Part shown: positions 60,826 to 64,000 of the stretch, in pieces
How positions within the stretch are numbered: the stretch's first letter is position 1
How the letters are laid out: the number at the start of each line of letters is the position of its first letter
Assembly: GCA_046073985.1 (NCBI GenBank)
Contig: JBJTNI010000027.1
Coordinates: 64,052 to 128,051 of the forward strand
DNA: 64,000 bases
Origin: Flavobacteriales bacterium
GTDB lineage: Bacteria > Bacteroidota > Bacteroidia > Flavobacteriales_D > Crocinitomicaceae
Direction of reading: 5' to 3'
Notes under the pieces: generated by a model
What the model saw: the letters and a program-made list of their open reading frames with translations, nothing else
Told to the model about the DNA's origin: nothing
The model's database searches: none
Program-made: the position numbers and the translations under genes

Positions 60826-61366
60826 TTCCTTCTTTTGTAAATAATAAGACGCAATCTGCACCTTCGGTTTCTTTCCATTCGACAGCTACTCGTTCGGACG
60901 CAAGCGTATCTACGGTTTTACCGACGTAATCGGCTTGAATAGGGAGGTCTCGGCTGTAACGGCGGTCGATGAGCGCAAGTAATTGTACTTGTGACGGACG
61001 ACCAAATGTAAGCAAGGCATCTAGGCCTGCCCGGATGGTTCGGCCAGTAAAGAGCACGTCGTCGAGTAGAATAATGCGTTTGTTTTCAACAGAAAAGTCA
61101 ATGTTGGTGACACTAGGTAGCAGAGGAGTTTCGCGGCGGCGAAAATCGTCTCGGTGAAACGTGATGTCTAGTGAGCCAGCTTGAATGGAATGCCCTAAAA
61201 TTTGTTCGAGTTGCGCTTTGATGCGGGCAGCAACGTGAATGCCTCTGGGCTGAAGCCCTATAAGGACTGAATTTTGGAAATCGTGATGGGTTTCAACAAG
61301 TTCATGAGCAAGCCGTTTGAGCGTAAGTTCTAGCTGGGTTGCATTGAGGATGACTTGCTTTTCCAT
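60806..61366 (-). CDS. pyrR: PyrR (pyr operon regulator/uracil phosphoribosyltransferase)
   Basis: PRPP-binding LLDDVLFTGRTIRAGL, 186 aa. Overlaps the pyrB start by 20 nt. Confidence 0.9.
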   Translation of the reverse strand: MEKQVILNATQLELTLKRLAHELVETHHDFQNSVLIGLQPRGIHVAARIKAQLEQILGHSIQAGSLDITFHRDDFRRRETPLLPSVTNIDFSVENKRIILLDDVLFTGRTIRAGLDALLTFGRPSQVQLLALIDRRYSRDLPIQADYVGKTVDTLASERVAVEWKETEGADCVLLFTKEGNETAQR

Positions 61367-61371
61367 TGAGG

Positions 61372-61379
61372 CAAAGATA
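61372..61379 (-). promoter_or_regulatory. -7 box TATCTTTG, 5 nt upstream of the pyrR ATG
   Basis: Exact TAnnTTTG match on the minus strand. Confidence 0.45.
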
Positions 61380-61390
61380 CTCTAAAAATT

Positions 61391-62614
61391 TTATTCTTGT
61401 TTGAGGTCTGCAATTAAAAAAAAGCTTCCGGTAATCCATAATAGGTCTGCTGCTTGCATTTGCTCTAGTATACTAGCTTTGGCAACATTGATATCGTCAA
61501 AAATGGTGCTGATTCCTAGGTTTTTCCAGTCATTAAGAGTCTTGCTTCTTGGGTTTTGAAAAGTACAGGCGGCTATTTTTGCATGCTCGGGAAAGAGCGA
61601 CAAGATTTCTGCTGAATTTTTATCTTTCGCAGCACCATAAATGATATATAGTTTTCCGCTTAATTGCTCTTCAATCATTGAAAGTGTAGCCTCAATACCA
61701 GCTACATTATGCGATACATCGACAAGAACCTTGGGTTGCATTTGCACCAACTGTAGACGCCCAAAATGCCCCGTATTCTTTGAAAGATTTTCCAGAGCAA
61801 TCTCAATGAGTTGTGTCGTAAATTTTTCTCCTAAAAGGGTAAGGCCCACCAAAGCATTTTTTAAGTTTTGTTTAGGGTAACCTTTCACCCCGTTCAATAA
61901 TTGTTCATCGATAGCATATGCCTCTGTGAAGTAAATCGGCGCACCTTGATTTTGTGCAATTTGTTCAAAAATAGGGGAGGTAACTTTATTTTTTTCTCCG
62001 ATTACAACAGGTGTATTTGGTTTGATGATGCCGGCTTTTTCAGCGGCAATTTGTGGTAAAGTATCTCCGAGAAATTCTTGGTGATCCAATGAAATGTTGG
62101 TGATAAGCGACAAGCGAGGTTCAATAATATTGGTAGCATCCAGACGGCCGCCTAAACCTGTTTCAATAACCATAAAATCACAGAAGTGTGCTTCAAAGTA
62201 GGCCAGTGCCATGGCAAAAGTCAATTCAAAAAAACTGGCGTCAAGATCTGGTAATTTGACTTGTATTGTTTGGCAAAATTGAATTACAAATTCACGAGAA
62301 ATGGCTTGTCCATTGATGCGAATGCGTTCGGAAAAATCAAAAATATGTGGCGAGGTAAAAAGCCCAACCTTGTATTTTTTTTCAGTTAAGATACTTGCGC
62401 AATATGCAGCCGTACTTCCCTTACCATTGGTGCCTGCAATATGAATGCTCGGAATTTTTTGTGGTTCAATGTCTAATTTTTCCAACAATAAATGAACACG
62501 TTCTAACCCGGGTTTGTAGGCACTTGCTCCAAGTTGTTGGTAGGCCGGGAATTTAGCGAAAAGCCACGCTACACAATCCAAATATTGTTGTTCTGTGTTC
62601 AAGAATTTTCTCAA
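61391..62614 (-). CDS. folC: bifunctional folylpolyglutamate synthase/dihydrofolate synthase
   Basis: GTNGKGST P-loop; Mur-ligase architecture. Confidence 0.9.
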   Translation of the reverse strand: MRKFLNTEQQYLDCVAWLFAKFPAYQQLGASAYKPGLERVHLLLEKLDIEPQKIPSIHIAGTNGKGSTAAYCASILTEKKYKVGLFTSPHIFDFSERIRINGQAISREFVIQFCQTIQVKLPDLDASFFELTFAMALAYFEAHFCDFMVIETGLGGRLDATNIIEPRLSLITNISLDHQEFLGDTLPQIAAEKAGIIKPNTPVVIGEKNKVTSPIFEQIAQNQGAPIYFTEAYAIDEQLLNGVKGYPKQNLKNALVGLTLLGEKFTTQLIEIALENLSKNTGHFGRLQLVQMQPKVLVDVSHNVAGIEATLSMIEEQLSGKLYIIYGAAKDKNSAEILSLFPEHAKIAACTFQNPRSKTLNDWKNLGISTIFDDINVAKASILEQMQAADLLWITGSFFLIADLKQE

Positions 62615-63882
62615 AGAAAAATAAATGCAAGTAGACCAGAGAGATAGCCAATTAGGGCTAAAGGTGCGATGCGTTTGAGATACCAGCCAAAGCCAATTTG
62701 TTCCATCCCCATAGCGACTACTCCGGCAGCAGATCCGATGACGAGAATTGAGCCTCCGGTTCCTGCTGCATAAGCGATCATGTGCCAGGTGTTGGCATCG
62801 AGCCCATCTTTGAACATTCCCATTGAGGCGGCTACAAGCGGTACGTTATCTACAATTGCAGAAGCAACACCGAGTAAAGAAATATATAATTCCTTTGAAA
62901 TGCCAGTTGCCAATACATCTTCTCCGAACTTTTCAATGATACCCATTGATTCAAGACCAGCGACTGTCATTAAAATCCCTAGAAAAAATAAAATGGAAGG
63001 CATTTCAATTTTACTCAGTGATTTTAAGGTTGGGCCAACATGGCCATCTTTACTTTTTTCATCCAAAGAACTCAGGTTGAGATGGCGCTTGCTTAAAATT
63101 TCGCCAATGAGCGCAAAAACAGCAAGTGAAAAGAGCATCCCCATGTAGGGTGGCAAATGTGTTACAGATTTAAAGATGGGTACTAGAACGATTAAAAATA
63201 AGCCCGTAAGAAGTACAAATCCGGCATTCTTTTTTGTTTTCTGAATGGTTTGCGCTTCAAAAGCGCCATTAAAGATAGGAATGCGTTTGGCAATGAGCAA
63301 TGGAACAACCATGGTGAGCAACGAAGGGATCAATAAATGTTCGATGAGTTTGACCGCACTTACTTTTGCGCCGATCCATAGCATTGTAGTGGTGACATCT
63401 CCGATAGGAGACCAAGCCCCACCGGCATTAGCGCTCATGACAGCAAACCCCACCATCCATAACCTCAATTCTTTGTTTTGTACTAATTTCCTGAGAATAG
63501 AAATGAGTACAATTGTTGCGGTGAGGTTATCAATGATTGCAGATAGCATAAAAGCAAGAATTGAAATGACCCACAATAAGCCATAATTTGTTTTGACGTT
63601 AATGAGCCGCTGAACACTATTGAAACCGTCAAAATAATCGATCATTTCGACGATAGCCATGGCTCCCATGAGAAAAATCAATATTTCAGAGGTTTTGCCA
63701 AAATGATGTAGCAGTATTTCGCTGGTATATTCCTGAACAGGTATAACCATCGAAATGAGCGCCCACGAAAGCGCCATCATCAATAATGCAGGAATTAGCT
63801 TATCAATTTTTAAGGTGTGCTCTAGTGTGATGGCTGTATAGCCAACAATAAAAATAAGGACAAGGAGTAGAGTTACTTGCAT
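62611..63882 (-). CDS. nhaD: NhaD/ArsB-family sodium:proton antiporter
   Basis: About 12 TM helices with a family-like pattern (IDNLTATIV, SANAGGAWSPIGDVTT). Confidence 0.75.
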   Translation of the reverse strand: MQVTLLLVLIFIVGYTAITLEHTLKIDKLIPALLMMALSWALISMVIPVQEYTSEILLHHFGKTSEILIFLMGAMAIVEMIDYFDGFNSVQRLINVKTNYGLLWVISILAFMLSAIIDNLTATIVLISILRKLVQNKELRLWMVGFAVMSANAGGAWSPIGDVTTTMLWIGAKVSAVKLIEHLLIPSLLTMVVPLLIAKRIPIFNGAFEAQTIQKTKKNAGFVLLTGLFLIVLVPIFKSVTHLPPYMGMLFSLAVFALIGEILSKRHLNLSSLDEKSKDGHVGPTLKSLSKIEMPSILFFLGILMTVAGLESMGIIEKFGEDVLATGISKELYISLLGVASAIVDNVPLVAASMGMFKDGLDANTWHMIAYAAGTGGSILVIGSAAGVVAMGMEQIGFGWYLKRIAPLALIGYLSGLLAFIFL

Positions 63883-63886
63883 ATAC

Positions 63887-64000
63887 TTAAACGAGTTGCT
63901 TCAAGGCAATTTCAAATGCTGCTTTAGCAATGCCTGTTTTGCCAGGATGAATTTTGTGAGTTTGCTGCAAGGCTTTGAGGATAGTTTGGCTGGCATCTTC
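63887..64000 (-). CDS. 3' end of an unidentified gene, truncated by the window edge
   Basis: Open minus-strand frame ...EDASQTILKALQQTHKIHPGKTGIAKAAFEIALKQLV ending in TAA, 4 nt upstream of the nhaD ATG. Confidence 0.4.
   Translation of the reverse strand, partial: EDASQTILKALQQTHKIHPGKTGIAKAAFEIALKQLV

Overview
Gene-dense chromosomal segment, roughly 40% GC by eye, from a Bacteroidota genome that looks Flavobacteriia- or Cytophagia-like. The taxonomic call rests on gldJ, porU, porV and a PorP/SprF gene, exact TAnnTTTG -7 promoter boxes, A-rich start contexts and no Shine-Dalgarno sequences. I count about 64 protein genes, nearly all housekeeping: envelope and LPS (amidase, MlaD, LptD-like, LptF/G, murF), phospholipid synthesis (cdsA, psd), translation (valS, prfB, fmt, rsfS, tgt, rsmG, rnz, RlmI-like), pyrimidine and folate metabolism (pyrR, pyrB, pyrE, folC), gyrB, ftsH, asd, ispF, gcvH, and a type IX secretion/gliding block (PorP/SprF-like, gldJ, porU, porV). 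Genes are packed into long operons with 1-20 nt overlaps. I saw no rRNA, tRNA, CRISPR array, transposase, integrase or recognisable defence or toxin module, so this reads as core genome, not an accessory island. The one clear regulatory RNA is a TPP (THI-box) riboswitch in front of a TonB-dependent receptor. The best leads for something undescribed are: (1) the second gene of that TPP-controlled unit, a signal-peptide TonB_C-like domain fused to a beta-barrel; (2) a 75-aa secreted Lys-rich, Cys/Ser/Thr-rich repeat peptide at the tail of the ftsH-cdsA-psd operon; (3) a five-gene overlapping operon of a lamin-tail-domain protein, a LETM1-like protein, a 142-aa unknown, an orphan ABC ATPase and YihY; (4) a GldJ about 340 aa longer than the classical protein; (5) a recurring TAnnTTTG-N3-5-ATG architecture implying leaderless mRNAs, including two palindromic or overlapping divergent start regions. 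All functional calls come from motif recognition by eye. No database search, HMM or folding calculation was run.
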